A stretch of DNA of 64,000 nucleotides. It comes from a virus (lineage: Duplodnaviria > Heunggongvirae > Uroviricota > Caudoviricetes). This document shows positions 38,443 to 48,662 of this stretch, piece after piece. The notes beneath the pieces were generated by a model. The model was not told the DNA's origin, did no database searches, and worked only from the letters and a program-made list of their open reading frames with translations. Where the stretch lies: the IMG/VR virus record IMGVR_UViG_3300032272_000001, positions 39,273-103,272 of that record; one strand, written 5' to 3'. The position numbers and the translations under genes are program-made. How positions within the stretch are numbered: the stretch's first letter is position 1; every line of letters starts with the position of its first letter.

Positions 38443-40713
38443 ATGTCCACCAATTCATTATTCGCAAAACTTCTGGCAACAGAAAATATCAATATCGTGC
38501 ATGGCGCTATCAATACAGCCTATTTTGATATGAAAAATAGAACATTAGGACTACCTAATTGGAATGAACCAACAGTATATGATCTTTTGGTTGGTCATGA
38601 GGTTGGTCATGCTCTATATACTCCAGCCTATGATGGATGGTTAGATCTAAAAACACATAAAAATACCAGAAACGACGTTCCTATAGGATTCTACAACATT
38701 GTAGAAGATATTCGTATTGAGCGCATGATTCAAGAAACATATCCAGGATTGACTTCATCATTTCTTCGTGGATACCGTTTCATGAAAAATAAAGATATGT
38801 TTGGTATTGGCAAAAAAGAACATATTACGATAACTGATTATAATTTTATTGATAGATTGAATCTTAAAGCTAAGTTGCGTTCGCTGATTGAAGTTGATTT
38901 CAAGAAAGAAGAAATCCCATATATCAATATGGCGCACGCTGCTTCAACTTTTGCTGAAATGAAAAAAGCAGCAGAAGCTATCTTTGATTTTGTTAAAGAT
39001 CAAATCAAAGAACAAGCATCAACAACCATTGCTATTCCAGCAGAATGTAACGAATCATCGACATCTTTAAAAGATGCTGATGAATATAGCGATTCAGATG
39101 ATTCTGGTGATTCATCTGGTGACAATGACGATGATGCTTCTGGAGATGCTTCTGGAGATGCTTCTGGAGATGCTAGTGATGCTAGTGATGCTGGAGATGC
39201 TAGTGATTCTTCTGGCGATGATTCCGATGATTCCGATGATTCCGATGATGCTGGAGATGGAGATGGAGGTGATGGTGATTCATATGAAGAAATTGAAGGT
39301 GGTTTTTTGTCTGATGAATGTTATCCTATTGAACCAGGTACTGAAGGTGGTAGACATGTTGGAGCTGAAGGTGGTGCGAATCCGCTAAAGTATAGTGAAG
39401 AAGCTATGACTGTTGATAGTATTACCGACAATGAATATGAGAAAAATAAATCACAATCTTTAATCGAACGAACAAAAAATGGTAGTTTGTTGAGAATTTC
39501 ATATGGATACAGTAAAAGACAACTTGAAAGTGTTATTGTCCCTTATGAATTGGTAAAAAAAGCCAGAAAAAATACTATTGTTCCCACATTATCTTCTACC
39601 AAAAAATTTAAACAAGAAAATAAAGAATGTGTTGCTACCTTAGCCCGTGAGTTTGAAATGAAAAAGGCTGCTTATATGTATGCTAGAGCGACAATATCAA
39701 AAACCGGATCTTTAGATATGTCCAAATTACATCAATATAAACATACTGATGATATATTTTTAAAAACAACAAAGTTGGCAGAAGCAAAAAATCATGGTAT
39801 GGTTATGTGTATAGATTATTCTGGATCTATGGCACCAATAATTAAAAATGTTCTTTCACAAGTTCTTCAATTGTCTATGTTTTGTGATAAAGTAGGTATT
39901 CCATATAAAATAATGGGTTTTGGTAATGGTTCTGGTGTTGGTAATTATAGCAGTATGCTAAAGGAAGACACTATTAATCATAGGGGAAGTCATGTGTTTG
40001 AACTTCTATCTTCTGATATGAAAAAACCTGTTTTTGATGAAGCATTTTCTTCATTGGTTTTTCAATATAATATTCTTACAGAGAAAACTTCGTATAGTAA
40101 CCCATTTATTGGATATGAAAGTCTGCAAGGTACACCATTGAACGAAGCGTTAATTGCCTTACATGATGTATGTAAAGAATTTAGAATCAAACATAATGTT
40201 CAAAAAATGACTTTAGTTACATTGACTGATGGTGATGGTGCTGGTATACATTATTTTCCCGACCGCCCCGAAAAAATGTTTATTCATGGTAAAAAAATCA
40301 CAATAAATGGTGGTCCTAAAGATATGTCAAGAAGTTTAGTTGCAAATATCAGAAATCTTGGTTATGCTGACAAAATAGTCAATTTTTTTATTACAAGTCC
40401 ATATTATGCTGGTACTGGTCATGGTATTGGCGTACCAAAAGATATAGATTATAGAGAAATAACATCATTAAAAAACAAAAATGCCTCAGAATTGAAAAAA
40501 AATGGTTGTTTTGTTGCCAAAGATTGTGATGGATATGATCTTAGAATTGTTGTTTCTGGAAAATCTTCGGTAATGACCGGAGAATCAGCTAAAGAATTAA
40601 AAATCAAATCAGGAGATTCTAAAAGAAAGATAGAAACAGAATTTAAAAAATTTGCTGGTTCTAATAAAAAAAATAGGATTGTGGCAACAAAATTTTCTGA
40701 AATTATAGCTTGA
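38443..40713 (+). CDS. CobT-like protein: HExxH domain, acidic linker, vWA domain
   Basis: HEVGH, NIVEDIRIER, MIDAS DYSGSM, GTPLNEA, LTDG. Confidence 0.85.
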   Translation: MSTNSLFAKLLATENINIVHGAINTAYFDMKNRTLGLPNWNEPTVYDLLVGHEVGHALYTPAYDGWLDLKTHKNTRNDVPIGFYNIVEDIRIERMIQETYPGLTSSFLRGYRFMKNKDMFGIGKKEHITITDYNFIDRLNLKAKLRSLIEVDFKKEEIPYINMAHAASTFAEMKKAAEAIFDFVKDQIKEQASTTIAIPAECNESSTSLKDADEYSDSDDSGDSSGDNDDDASGDASGDASGDASDASDAGDASDSSGDDSDDSDDSDDAGDGDGGDGDSYEEIEGGFLSDECYPIEPGTEGGRHVGAEGGANPLKYSEEAMTVDSITDNEYEKNKSQSLIERTKNGSLLRISYGYSKRQLESVIVPYELVKKARKNTIVPTLSSTKKFKQENKECVATLAREFEMKKAAYMYARATISKTGSLDMSKLHQYKHTDDIFLKTTKLAEAKNHGMVMCIDYSGSMAPIIKNVLSQVLQLSMFCDKVGIPYKIMGFGNGSGVGNYSSMLKEDTINHRGSHVFELLSSDMKKPVFDEAFSSLVFQYNILTEKTSYSNPFIGYESLQGTPLNEALIALHDVCKEFRIKHNVQKMTLVTLTDGDGAGIHYFPDRPEKMFIHGKKITINGGPKDMSRSLVANIRNLGYADKIVNFFITSPYYAGTGHGIGVPKDIDYREITSLKNKNASELKKNGCFVAKDCDGYDLRIVVSGKSSVMTGESAKELKIKSGDSKRKIETEFKKFAGSNKKNRIVATKFSEIIA
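39085..39280 (+). repeat. In-frame tandem repeats in D/S/G/A linker
   Basis: GATGCTTCTGGA x3 (39133-39168); GATGATTCC x3 (39217-39243). Confidence 0.9.
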
Positions 40714-40766
40714 CGATGAACAAGTTTGTTATATATTACTAATATTGAAATTATGGAGGTTTATAA

Positions 40767-42134
40767 ATGACTATGAACGAAAATCAACAACGTCTTTTGA
40801 AGCTAATCGTTGAAAATGATGAAGGCTCTACATGTGATGTGAGACCAAAAATTATTTTTCAACTTGCTGAAGATAATGATGTTCCTGTTAATGACGCTAG
40901 ACATCTTCTTCAGAAAATGAATAAGATTGATCATGGTGTTTATAATTACAATGAACTTCTTTCTCCGACACAAGATGTTTTTTCTATGGTTGAAGACGAG
41001 ACAGAAGAAAATCCTATTGATAAACCCCCAATTATCGCGAATATAAATTCTGACGATGTTTTTGTTCCTTCAGTAATTAAAAGTTATGTTAAATGGGGAC
41101 ATTTCAAAGATATAGTTAAAATTATTCAAAGTCAGCAATTTTATCCATTATTCGTTACTGGATTATCCGGTAATGGCAAAACAATGATGGTTGAACAGGC
41201 ATGTGCTTCATTGAAACGGCAATATTCGCGAGTCCAAATCACGCCTGAAACGGATGAAGATGATCTCATTGGCGGATTCAGATTGGATAATGGTGATACT
41301 GTTTTTTCTGAAGGGCCTGTTATTCGAGCAATGAAAGCTGGAGCGGTTCTTTGTCTTGATGAGATTGATCGTGGATCTAATAGAATTATGTGTCTTCAAG
41401 GTGTTCTTGAAGGTAATCCTGTATTGATTAAGAAAACCGGCGAAATCGTATATCCAGCTAAAGGGTTTACTGTAATTGCTACAGCAAATACCAAAGGAAG
41501 AGGTTCTGACGATGGTAGGTTCATTGCAGCAAATATTATCGATGAAGCATTTTTGGAAAGATTTAATATCACTATTGAGCAACAATATCCAACAGCATCA
41601 GTAGAAAAACGAATTATATTGAAGCATATGAAAATTTATGGTAAAATAGATGAAGATTTTGCCCAAAAATTAGTATCTTGGTCTCAAACAATTAGGAAAT
41701 CATATGAAGATGACGCTGTTGATGATTTGATTTCTACTCGCCGTTTATGTCATATTGCGCAAACATTTGCTATTTTTGAAGACAGATTGAAATCTATTTC
41801 TTTGTGTATCGCTAGATTTGATGATATTTCAAAAGATGCTTTTATGAATCTATACACAAAAATTGATGCTGAAGTTGATGATTTGCAGGATGTTGCTGAA
41901 GCTAAAGAAGCGGAAAAAGTCGATATGGATGTAATTACTGGATCATTCACGCCTGATCCTTCTCAGACATATACAGTGGGCGCAAACACAGCTTGGGGAA
42001 ACCCTATTCTTAAACCTATTGTTGGTCTTAGCAATGCAGATGTTTTTTCTGAATATAAAGAATTTATCGAAAGTGTTGGTGATGTTACAGTTACAGTTAA
42101 CACATCTTCGTCAGATCCAGATAGTTTGTCATAA
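40767..42134 (+). CDS. CobS/MoxR-like AAA+ ATPase
   Basis: GLSGNGKT, DEDDLIGG, LDEID, TANTKG, AFLERF, ISTRRL. Confidence 0.9.
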   Translation: MTMNENQQRLLKLIVENDEGSTCDVRPKIIFQLAEDNDVPVNDARHLLQKMNKIDHGVYNYNELLSPTQDVFSMVEDETEENPIDKPPIIANINSDDVFVPSVIKSYVKWGHFKDIVKIIQSQQFYPLFVTGLSGNGKTMMVEQACASLKRQYSRVQITPETDEDDLIGGFRLDNGDTVFSEGPVIRAMKAGAVLCLDEIDRGSNRIMCLQGVLEGNPVLIKKTGEIVYPAKGFTVIATANTKGRGSDDGRFIAANIIDEAFLERFNITIEQQYPTASVEKRIILKHMKIYGKIDEDFAQKLVSWSQTIRKSYEDDAVDDLISTRRLCHIAQTFAIFEDRLKSISLCIARFDDISKDAFMNLYTKIDAEVDDLQDVAEAKEAEKVDMDVITGSFTPDPSQTYTVGANTAWGNPILKPIVGLSNADVFSEYKEFIESVGDVTVTVNTSSSDPDSLS

Positions 42135-42156
42135 TAACAATATGGAGCATATAATT

Positions 42157-42474
42157 ATGATTAGAGATATAATAATAGCAATTTTTACTGTACTCTTTTT
42201 TGTTGTTATATTAGCTTTTTGGAATCCAGCTACTGCTCATAGCTGGTATCCAAATGAGTGTTGTAATGATGATGATTGTACGCCAGCAACAATAGTGTCG
42301 AAAAATTCTAAAGGGTTTACATTAAGATCCAAATTTGGTGACCATTTTATTGAATATGGGTCTAAATTGATTAGACCTTCTCAAGACAATTATAATCATA
42401 TTTGTGTTATTTCTGATGTTGGCTCTGAGGTTGAAGGCCAACCGATCTGTGTTTTTATTCCTGTTGGATCATAA
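42157..42474 (+). CDS. Secreted Cys-rich protein
   Basis: Signal peptide ending ATA-HSWYPNECCNDDDC. Confidence 0.65.
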   Translation: MIRDIIIAIFTVLFFVVILAFWNPATAHSWYPNECCNDDDCTPATIVSKNSKGFTLRSKFGDHFIEYGSKLIRPSQDNYNHICVISDVGSEVEGQPICVFIPVGS

Positions 42475-42476
42475 TT

Positions 42477-42845
42477 ATGGGTGGTTTTTTGGGAAAACAC
42501 GCAATTTATGATATTGAATTTGATATCAATTCATCCATTCTTAAAGGTGGTAATAAATTGATGGGTATGATGGAGCAATGTTGTATTGATGCTGGAGCAA
42601 CAATATTAAAAAAATACAAAAAGAAATTTGATGGTGGTGGATTTACATTCACTTTAATTTTGGCAGAAAGTCATGCTTCGTGTCATACATGGCCAGAGCA
42701 TGGAATTGCTACATTGGATATTTTCATGTGTGGCGAATGCGATCCATATGTTACTATGAATTCTTTGGTTTATATGTTACAATGTAGTAAACACAAACCA
42801 AAGAAATTTTATCAAACAAAAATAGGAAGAGGATGGGTGGTATGA
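42477..42845 (+). CDS. speD: S-adenosylmethionine decarboxylase proenzyme
   Basis: LAESHASCHTWPEHG..LDIFMCG. Confidence 0.92.
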   Translation: MGGFLGKHAIYDIEFDINSSILKGGNKLMGMMEQCCIDAGATILKKYKKKFDGGGFTFTLILAESHASCHTWPEHGIATLDIFMCGECDPYVTMNSLVYMLQCSKHKPKKFYQTKIGRGWVV

Positions 42846-43210
42846 TCACAAAAGAAATACCAAATTTGATGAAATATTATCCTTTTGCAACAGCATATAT
42901 ACTTGGTGCTTATGATCTTGATGTTAAAGACATATTCATGCTTTCATCTATCACTAATATTGAAAAAATATTTGATAATATAGAGTCTTCTATCAAATTT
43001 CATCATAAAGATTGGGTGTTGGATGAGGTATATTATAGAGGTTTTGATTTTGCAGAAGCTTTAGAAGATTCTTATGTAGAAGTGAAATTAGAAGAGAATG
43101 ATATTTATGATGTTTCTTCTGCTGTTGAAAAATACATCATAAAACAAACCAAACATAATATGACTATTGTTATGAGTACGTATAACTTAGGTAAAAAATA
43201 TATTATATAA
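42842..43210 (+). CDS. Hypothetical protein
   Basis: ORF track. Confidence 0.5.
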   Translation: MITKEIPNLMKYYPFATAYILGAYDLDVKDIFMLSSITNIEKIFDNIESSIKFHHKDWVLDEVYYRGFDFAEALEDSYVEVKLEENDIYDVSSAVEKYIIKQTKHNMTIVMSTYNLGKKYII

Positions 43211-43221
43211 GGAAAGCAAAG

Positions 43222-44040
43222 TTGAAAATTGACTATATATCCGATTTACATATGGAGATTAATGGAAATCTTCGGCTAGAATGGCCAAAAGAAAAGGCTG
43301 ATATTTTAGTTCTTGTTGGTGATATTATTTGTTATAGGTTTTTTGAACCACACAGAACAGATAGTGAAGCAAGATCTATAAAGAAACGTTTTAATAAATT
43401 TGTTAAAGAAGATTGTGCTGATTACAAGCATATTTATTTTGTTCCTGGTAATCATGAGTATTATGGTTTAGATCATGTTGGTGCTGATACTGATTTTAAA
43501 AAACGGCTATCCGAAATAGATTCTAGATGTAAATTGCTGCAAAATGACATATCAACTCATGATGATGTTATTATCTTTGGAGCTACATTATGGACTGATA
43601 TGAAAAATAACGATCCTTTGGTGAAAATGGTTGTTGGTAATGGTATGAATGATTTTAGGCTTATTAGCAATAGTAATACTAATAAAGAATGGACTACAGA
43701 CGATGCCATTCAAGAACATCATTATAGTATGGATTCGATGAAACACTTTTATCATAATAGAAACGATAAAAAATTTGTTGTTTTTACACACCATGCACCA
43801 TGTATGTTATCGCACGATGTAAACAGATTTGGTATTAACGATGATATGAAATATGGGTACATCACAGAGCTTAGTGATTGGATAATGGATACCGACATTA
43901 AAAATTGGATTCATGGTCATACCCATTTCAATGTTTCTTATATGATCGGAGATTGTCTTGTGAAAGCGTCTATGCACGGTTATCTTGGTTACGATAAACC
44001 AAGAAAGCATACGCAACCAGTAGGACAAATAATTGTCTAA
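43222..44040 (+). CDS. Metallophosphoesterase
   Basis: SDLH, VGDI, GNHEYY, THHAP, HGHTH. Confidence 0.9.
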   Translation: MKIDYISDLHMEINGNLRLEWPKEKADILVLVGDIICYRFFEPHRTDSEARSIKKRFNKFVKEDCADYKHIYFVPGNHEYYGLDHVGADTDFKKRLSEIDSRCKLLQNDISTHDDVIIFGATLWTDMKNNDPLVKMVVGNGMNDFRLISNSNTNKEWTTDDAIQEHHYSMDSMKHFYHNRNDKKFVVFTHHAPCMLSHDVNRFGINDDMKYGYITELSDWIMDTDIKNWIHGHTHFNVSYMIGDCLVKASMHGYLGYDKPRKHTQPVGQIIV

Positions 44041-44059
44041 TTAAAAAAAGAAAGATATA

Positions 44060-44593
44060 ATGAATAAAATTATTGAAAATGCAATATTAACACATTCTGG
44101 TGATTATTTTTCTTTTTCAGATCCAGGAGTTAATTATATTCAAATCGAAGATATTGCGCACGCATTATCGATGATTTGTCGATTTAATGGTCACGTAAAT
44201 AAATTTTATTCTGTGGCAGAACATTGTGTATTAGCTAGTTGGCATGTAGAAAAAGGTTATGAATATGATGCTTTGATGCACGATTCCGCAGAAGCATTTA
44301 TAGGTGATATTGCAAAACCTTTGAAAATGATGTTGCCTGATTTTAAAAAAATAGAAGCTAGTGTAGAAGAACATTTGTTTCAAATATTTAATGTTTCGAT
44401 TCCATTACCAAAAGAAGTTAAAGAAATTGATATGATTCTTCTTGCAACAGAACAAAAATTGTTGATGAATAATCAAGATTCTTGGTTTCATACTCATGGC
44501 AGAAAACCTCTTGATATTAATACAATTCCTTGTTGGAATCCAGGTAAAGCTAAACATATGTTTTTGAAAAGATATGATGAATTAACTTCTTGA
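44060..44593 (+). CDS. HD-domain phosphohydrolase (YfbR-like)
   Basis: DIAHAL..ICRFNGH, YSVAEHC, LMHDSAEA. Confidence 0.88.
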   Translation: MNKIIENAILTHSGDYFSFSDPGVNYIQIEDIAHALSMICRFNGHVNKFYSVAEHCVLASWHVEKGYEYDALMHDSAEAFIGDIAKPLKMMLPDFKKIEASVEEHLFQIFNVSIPLPKEVKEIDMILLATEQKLLMNNQDSWFHTHGRKPLDINTIPCWNPGKAKHMFLKRYDELTS

Positions 44594-44617
44594 CTCTATT
44601 CGAATATATGCTATTCT
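44590..44617 (+). promoter_or_regulatory. Sigma70-type promoter with extended -10
   Basis: TTGACT-16-TATTCT, TG at extended position. Confidence 0.5.
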
Positions 44618-44647
44618 AGGATAGAAGATCAGAAACAGAGGAATATC

Positions 44648-45040
44648 ATGACAGCAAAAACAGCAACTGTATTTTTTAATGAACTAAGAACATCAAATAC
44701 CATGTTCGGCGCAACAACAATTCGTAAAAACGATAAAAAGGTTGATGGTGAAATTGTTTCTAAAAAAGGCGATGAAATAAAATCAACATATCGTCTTGGT
44801 GTTCCTGCAACAATTAAAGAAGCAAACACTAGGATGCCATCAGGACTTCGTAAATATGAAGATGAATTGAATGAAGTCCTTACAGTATATGATATGAATA
44901 AAGAAGATAAGGATGGAAATCGTGGTGCTTTTAGGCGTATAGCGATTGATGGTATTATAGAAATTCGTGTTCATGGTTCTAAATTTGAAACTGTGTGGAA
45001 TGATGAAAATTCTACATGGGATATCGTAGAAAAAAATTAA
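44648..45040 (+). CDS. Hypothetical protein
   Basis: ORF track with SD. Confidence 0.6.
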   Translation: MTAKTATVFFNELRTSNTMFGATTIRKNDKKVDGEIVSKKGDEIKSTYRLGVPATIKEANTRMPSGLRKYEDELNEVLTVYDMNKEDKDGNRGAFRRIAIDGIIEIRVHGSKFETVWNDENSTWDIVEKN

Positions 45041-45058
45041 GAATATAGGATTATTATA

Positions 45059-45763
45059 ATGTTTACAGGCGCTTATTTGGTGTATGGTTCGTCACCACCC
45101 CCGCCGCATACTTATATATTTTCAGTATGTGCAATAAAACCAACAGAAACCACACCTGGTACTTATAAAATCGATGCGCCGCCTCTGTTTAGAACATTGA
45201 GTGAATATGTTGCACATAATGCAAATTATATAATTATGCCAAACCCAAAAGAATGGGAGAATAAATTTATTGATAGTAATGTTGTCCATTTATATCATAA
45301 ATGGTGTGTTATATTTTCTATGGGATATATCCCATGCCCGCTTGGTTTTTCTGATATTCCTGCTATAGAAATGACCAAAACAGAACTTCTTGAAAAACAT
45401 GTATTATTAATGGAAAGAATTGTTGATTTGTCTGATCTAGAATCAGCACCAGTTATGAATGTTTTGGATAAAGCATTTGAGAAATTCCATTCTCACGGTT
45501 TTGTTGCGCATCCATTTCAAAATATAACAACGATGGTTGAAATCACAGATATAAAATGTTTTAATGCAAAAAATACAGGAAAGCCTGGTATATTGATTAG
45601 TATGATTGATAATAAAGGAAATGTGTTAAAAACATTTCAAAATATAGGCCATCTTGTATCAATTGGTGGTCAATATAAAATTGATGCAGTGGTTTCTAAA
45701 CACAACACATGGAACACCAAAAGAGAAACTATTATTAAGAACGTTGTTGTTGATGACAAATAG
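45059..45763 (+). CDS. Hypothetical protein
   Basis: ORF track with SD. Confidence 0.6.
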   Translation: MFTGAYLVYGSSPPPPHTYIFSVCAIKPTETTPGTYKIDAPPLFRTLSEYVAHNANYIIMPNPKEWENKFIDSNVVHLYHKWCVIFSMGYIPCPLGFSDIPAIEMTKTELLEKHVLLMERIVDLSDLESAPVMNVLDKAFEKFHSHGFVAHPFQNITTMVEITDIKCFNAKNTGKPGILISMIDNKGNVLKTFQNIGHLVSIGGQYKIDAVVSKHNTWNTKRETIIKNVVVDDK

Positions 45764-45771
45764 GAGAAAAA

Positions 45772-46146
45772 ATGACAGTAGATGTATTTAAAAGTGTTAG
45801 AGATTTTCATGAAGCATTTGATGTAGGAATATCAGATACACCAGAGTTTCCTGATAAAGATATTAGAAAACTTCGAGTGAATCTAATAGAAGAAGAATTT
45901 GTTGAGTATATTGAAAGCGAAATAAAAGATGATATCAAAAACATTTCAAAAGAAATGGCTGATATGATTTATATTATTTGTGGTACAGCATTGACTTATG
46001 GTATTCCATTGGATAAAGTCTTTGAACGGGTTCATGATTCTAACATGGCAAAAATGGTTAATGGTAAAGTTTTTAGACGTGAAGATGGTAAGGTTATTAA
46101 ACCATCTGGTTGGGAGCCACCAAAACTAGACGATCTTTTTGAATAG
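45772..46146 (+). CDS. MazG-like NTP pyrophosphohydrolase
   Basis: VRDFHEAF, LIEEEFVE, KEMADMIY, VHDSNMAK, RREDGKV.KP. Confidence 0.88.
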   Translation: MTVDVFKSVRDFHEAFDVGISDTPEFPDKDIRKLRVNLIEEEFVEYIESEIKDDIKNISKEMADMIYIICGTALTYGIPLDKVFERVHDSNMAKMVNGKVFRREDGKVIKPSGWEPPKLDDLFE

Positions 46147-46240
46147 CGCTTTGATGTTTATCCTTTGTCTGTCTTAGCGCTTGCGCGGCCAAGGGCGGTG
46201 TTCCTTCCTCCATCGCCCTTGGCTATATAATAGGAAAAAA

Positions 46241-46489
46241 ATGATGACTGCTATCGGACCCAATTTTAGAAGCGCTGCAAGAAAAGTTATGACAGAACTT
46301 CAAGAACACGGAATACCAGAATATTTGGCTGCTGTTTATGTGTCTAATATAAGAAGTTCTGCTATTGCTGATTATAAAATGGATGTGGATAAAACACTTA
46401 ATGTTTTGGCCAGCAAACAATATATACATCCTGATGATATAATTTTAGATGCAGAAAGGGTTTTTGGAGATGAAACAAAAACAATTTGA
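46241..46489 (+). CDS. Hypothetical protein
   Basis: ATG after SD TAGGA; the tracked TTG start lies in a hairpin. Confidence 0.5.
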   Translation: MMTAIGPNFRSAARKVMTELQEHGIPEYLAAVYVSNIRSSAIADYKMDVDKTLNVLASKQYIHPDDIILDAERVFGDETKTI

Positions 46490-46721
46490 TCATTTAGGTG
46501 TTGGTGATATGTTGACGCACGAAACATGTCCATGGTCTAATTTTGTGTGTGTTCATAAAATGTATAATGATGAAGGGTGGTACGTCATCCGTGCGTGCAA
46601 TTCTGGTGTATTGGAAAATTTTACAGTAACATCACCAAAAGGATGGATTTTAACAAGCAAAGTACAGAAAAGGAAATCTATTGGGGATAAAAATAAAAGA
46701 ATACAGGCCCTATCAGAATGA
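46473..46721 (+). CDS. Hypothetical protein
   Basis: ORF track. Confidence 0.45.
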   Translation, partial: KQKQFDHLGVGDMLTHETCPWSNFVCVHKMYNDEGWYVIRACNSGVLENFTVTSPKGWILTSKVQKRKSIGDKNKRIQALSE

Positions 46722-48096
46722 TTGTATATTAAAATATAAAAATTATAAAGACACTTCTGGACGAATAATTGCACCAACAGCATCAGGAAAAACATATTTG
46801 CAGGCAAGAATTTTGTCTCTTAGATTAGATGGATGTTCTGTTCATCTAGTAGTTGCTCCAAGAATTGCTCTATTGAATCAACACATCAAAGAATATAGAT
46901 ATTCTATACCAGAAAAAAAATATATTTCGTATGCGTTTCATTCTGGATCATATGAAGTTGATTATAATCAAGTTCAGTGGTCAGAAAGATCTGGAACAAA
47001 ACCAGAACAAGTGCAAGAAGAAATAGTAAGAGCAAGAAGACTTGGTATGGATCTTGTTATCTTTTCTACGTATGCTTCTTTTGGTAAATTATCATCTGTT
47101 TTTTTCAAAACAGCGATATTTGATGAATCTCAATACTGCATAGCAGAAGATGTTTTTGAAAATTTAAAAAATATAGACAGCGATCAATATCTATATTTTA
47201 CAGCAACAGAAAAACACACAATTTCTGGAAATGGTAGAGGTCTTAATAATAAAGATGTTTTTGGTGGAATTATTTATAAAATTTTGCCTCAAATATTGAT
47301 TGATGAAGGATGGATATTAGCACCAAGATTGCATATAATGAAAGCTGATAAAACCACAGAGGGGAGCACTTTAATTGATGAAGTATCGTCTCTTGCAGAA
47401 GGACAAATTCAGCAAACATTAGGAATGCCTTTTCGTAAAATTTTGTTTGCATGTAAAGGAACTTCATGTATAAAGAAAATAATTAAAAAAATCAAAGTGT
47501 TGAAAAAAAGACATCCTAATTATAGAGTATTCACCATTATGTCTAATGGTGAATTTGGTGCAATGATTGATGGTGTTAAAGTCTCACGTGAAAAATTCTT
47601 TGCTGAATTAGACAAAGATGAAGATTCGTTTGTTTTCCATTATGATATTATTAGTGAAGGTATCGATGTTAGTGGATTTACTGGTGTTTGTATTTTGAGA
47701 TATTTGGATAAAACTAAATTATTACAAACTATCGGTCGCGCTCAAAGAGTATGGGATGGTGATAAAGGAAAGGATATAGATAAAAGAATAAAAAAACACG
47801 CTGTTGTTTCTGTTGCCAGAATAAATGGTAATGCTGAAAGTGAAGATTATGTTAGAAATATTGTGATACAAATGAGGCTTGGTGGCTATGATGTCACAAA
47901 AGAACTTATTGATTGTACAGATGATCCTGGATTTGGTATTGGTGAAGATTTTGCAATAGATCCATTAACACAATTGAATCGAAGGGGCGAAACAAGTGAT
48001 GTGTTAGAACATATTTTCCATGATATAGAAAAGGATGAAGAAATGTATACTATTAGATATTTAACTCCAGTAGAATTGATTGCAGCTTTAATATGA
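46681..48096 (+). CDS. SF2 helicase/ATPase (Res-subunit-like)
   Basis: RPYQ, APTASGKT, FDESQ, FTAT, EGIDV, QTIGRAQR. Confidence 0.88.
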   Translation: MGIKIKEYRPYQNDCILKYKNYKDTSGRIIAPTASGKTYLQARILSLRLDGCSVHLVVAPRIALLNQHIKEYRYSIPEKKYISYAFHSGSYEVDYNQVQWSERSGTKPEQVQEEIVRARRLGMDLVIFSTYASFGKLSSVFFKTAIFDESQYCIAEDVFENLKNIDSDQYLYFTATEKHTISGNGRGLNNKDVFGGIIYKILPQILIDEGWILAPRLHIMKADKTTEGSTLIDEVSSLAEGQIQQTLGMPFRKILFACKGTSCIKKIIKKIKVLKKRHPNYRVFTIMSNGEFGAMIDGVKVSREKFFAELDKDEDSFVFHYDIISEGIDVSGFTGVCILRYLDKTKLLQTIGRAQRVWDGDKGKDIDKRIKKHAVVSVARINGNAESEDYVRNIVIQMRLGGYDVTKELIDCTDDPGFGIGEDFAIDPLTQLNRRGETSDVLEHIFHDIEKDEEMYTIRYLTPVELIAALI

Positions 48097-48662
48097 CGAA
48101 TATACTTCAACACGATTTTTGTAAAATTTGTTATGATATAGATCTTCTTTTTGGTGGTGTGTATTTAATGTCTCAATTCATGAAAAATTTGCATGAACAA
48201 AGTGAAGAATCTCCTGATATGTTCACACCAAATGTTTATCTTGGTATGGGCTTTGAATGTTTTATTGAATCTCTTATTGGTCAGTTTAGAACAGATAAAC
48301 GCATTACGATTGAAAATTATTCGATTGTAAAACATAATGATCAGGGAGTTGATGGTTTTGGATATGGTTTGGGTGGAGAAATACATACTGTACAATGTAA
48401 AGCGCGTATGAACGTGAATGGATGGTTGACAGCAAATGAAGATCATATATCAAATTTTGTTGCTCATTCAAAATGTCATTATAAATCACAACCAAAACAC
48501 ATGACTGTATTTACAACCGCTCAAGGTGTTGTTACTGACACATGTATTAATATGTATGAAGATGAAATTAATGTTATTAACAATGATGGGTTGAGAAGTC
48601 TTGTGGATAATAATCAAGAATTCTGGACAGAATTTAGAAATGAAATGAAAATAAGTAAATAA
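48093..48662 (+). CDS. PD-(D/E)xK restriction-endonuclease-like protein (Mrr-like)
   Basis: GFE...DQGVDGFG...TVQCK. Confidence 0.65.
   Translation: MTNILQHDFCKICYDIDLLFGGVYLMSQFMKNLHEQSEESPDMFTPNVYLGMGFECFIESLIGQFRTDKRITIENYSIVKHNDQGVDGFGYGLGGEIHTVQCKARMNVNGWLTANEDHISNFVAHSKCHYKSQPKHMTVFTTAQGVVTDTCINMYEDEINVINNDGLRSLVDNNQEFWTEFRNEMKISK

Noticed and set aside
39085-39280. Tandem repeats as a possible CRISPR array
   Set aside because: Units are 9-12 nt, have no unique spacers and are in-frame coding; no cas genes are present.
39074-39388. Alternate-frame MLLEMLLEM repeat ORF
   Set aside because: It is a by-product of the repeats in the vWA gene frame.
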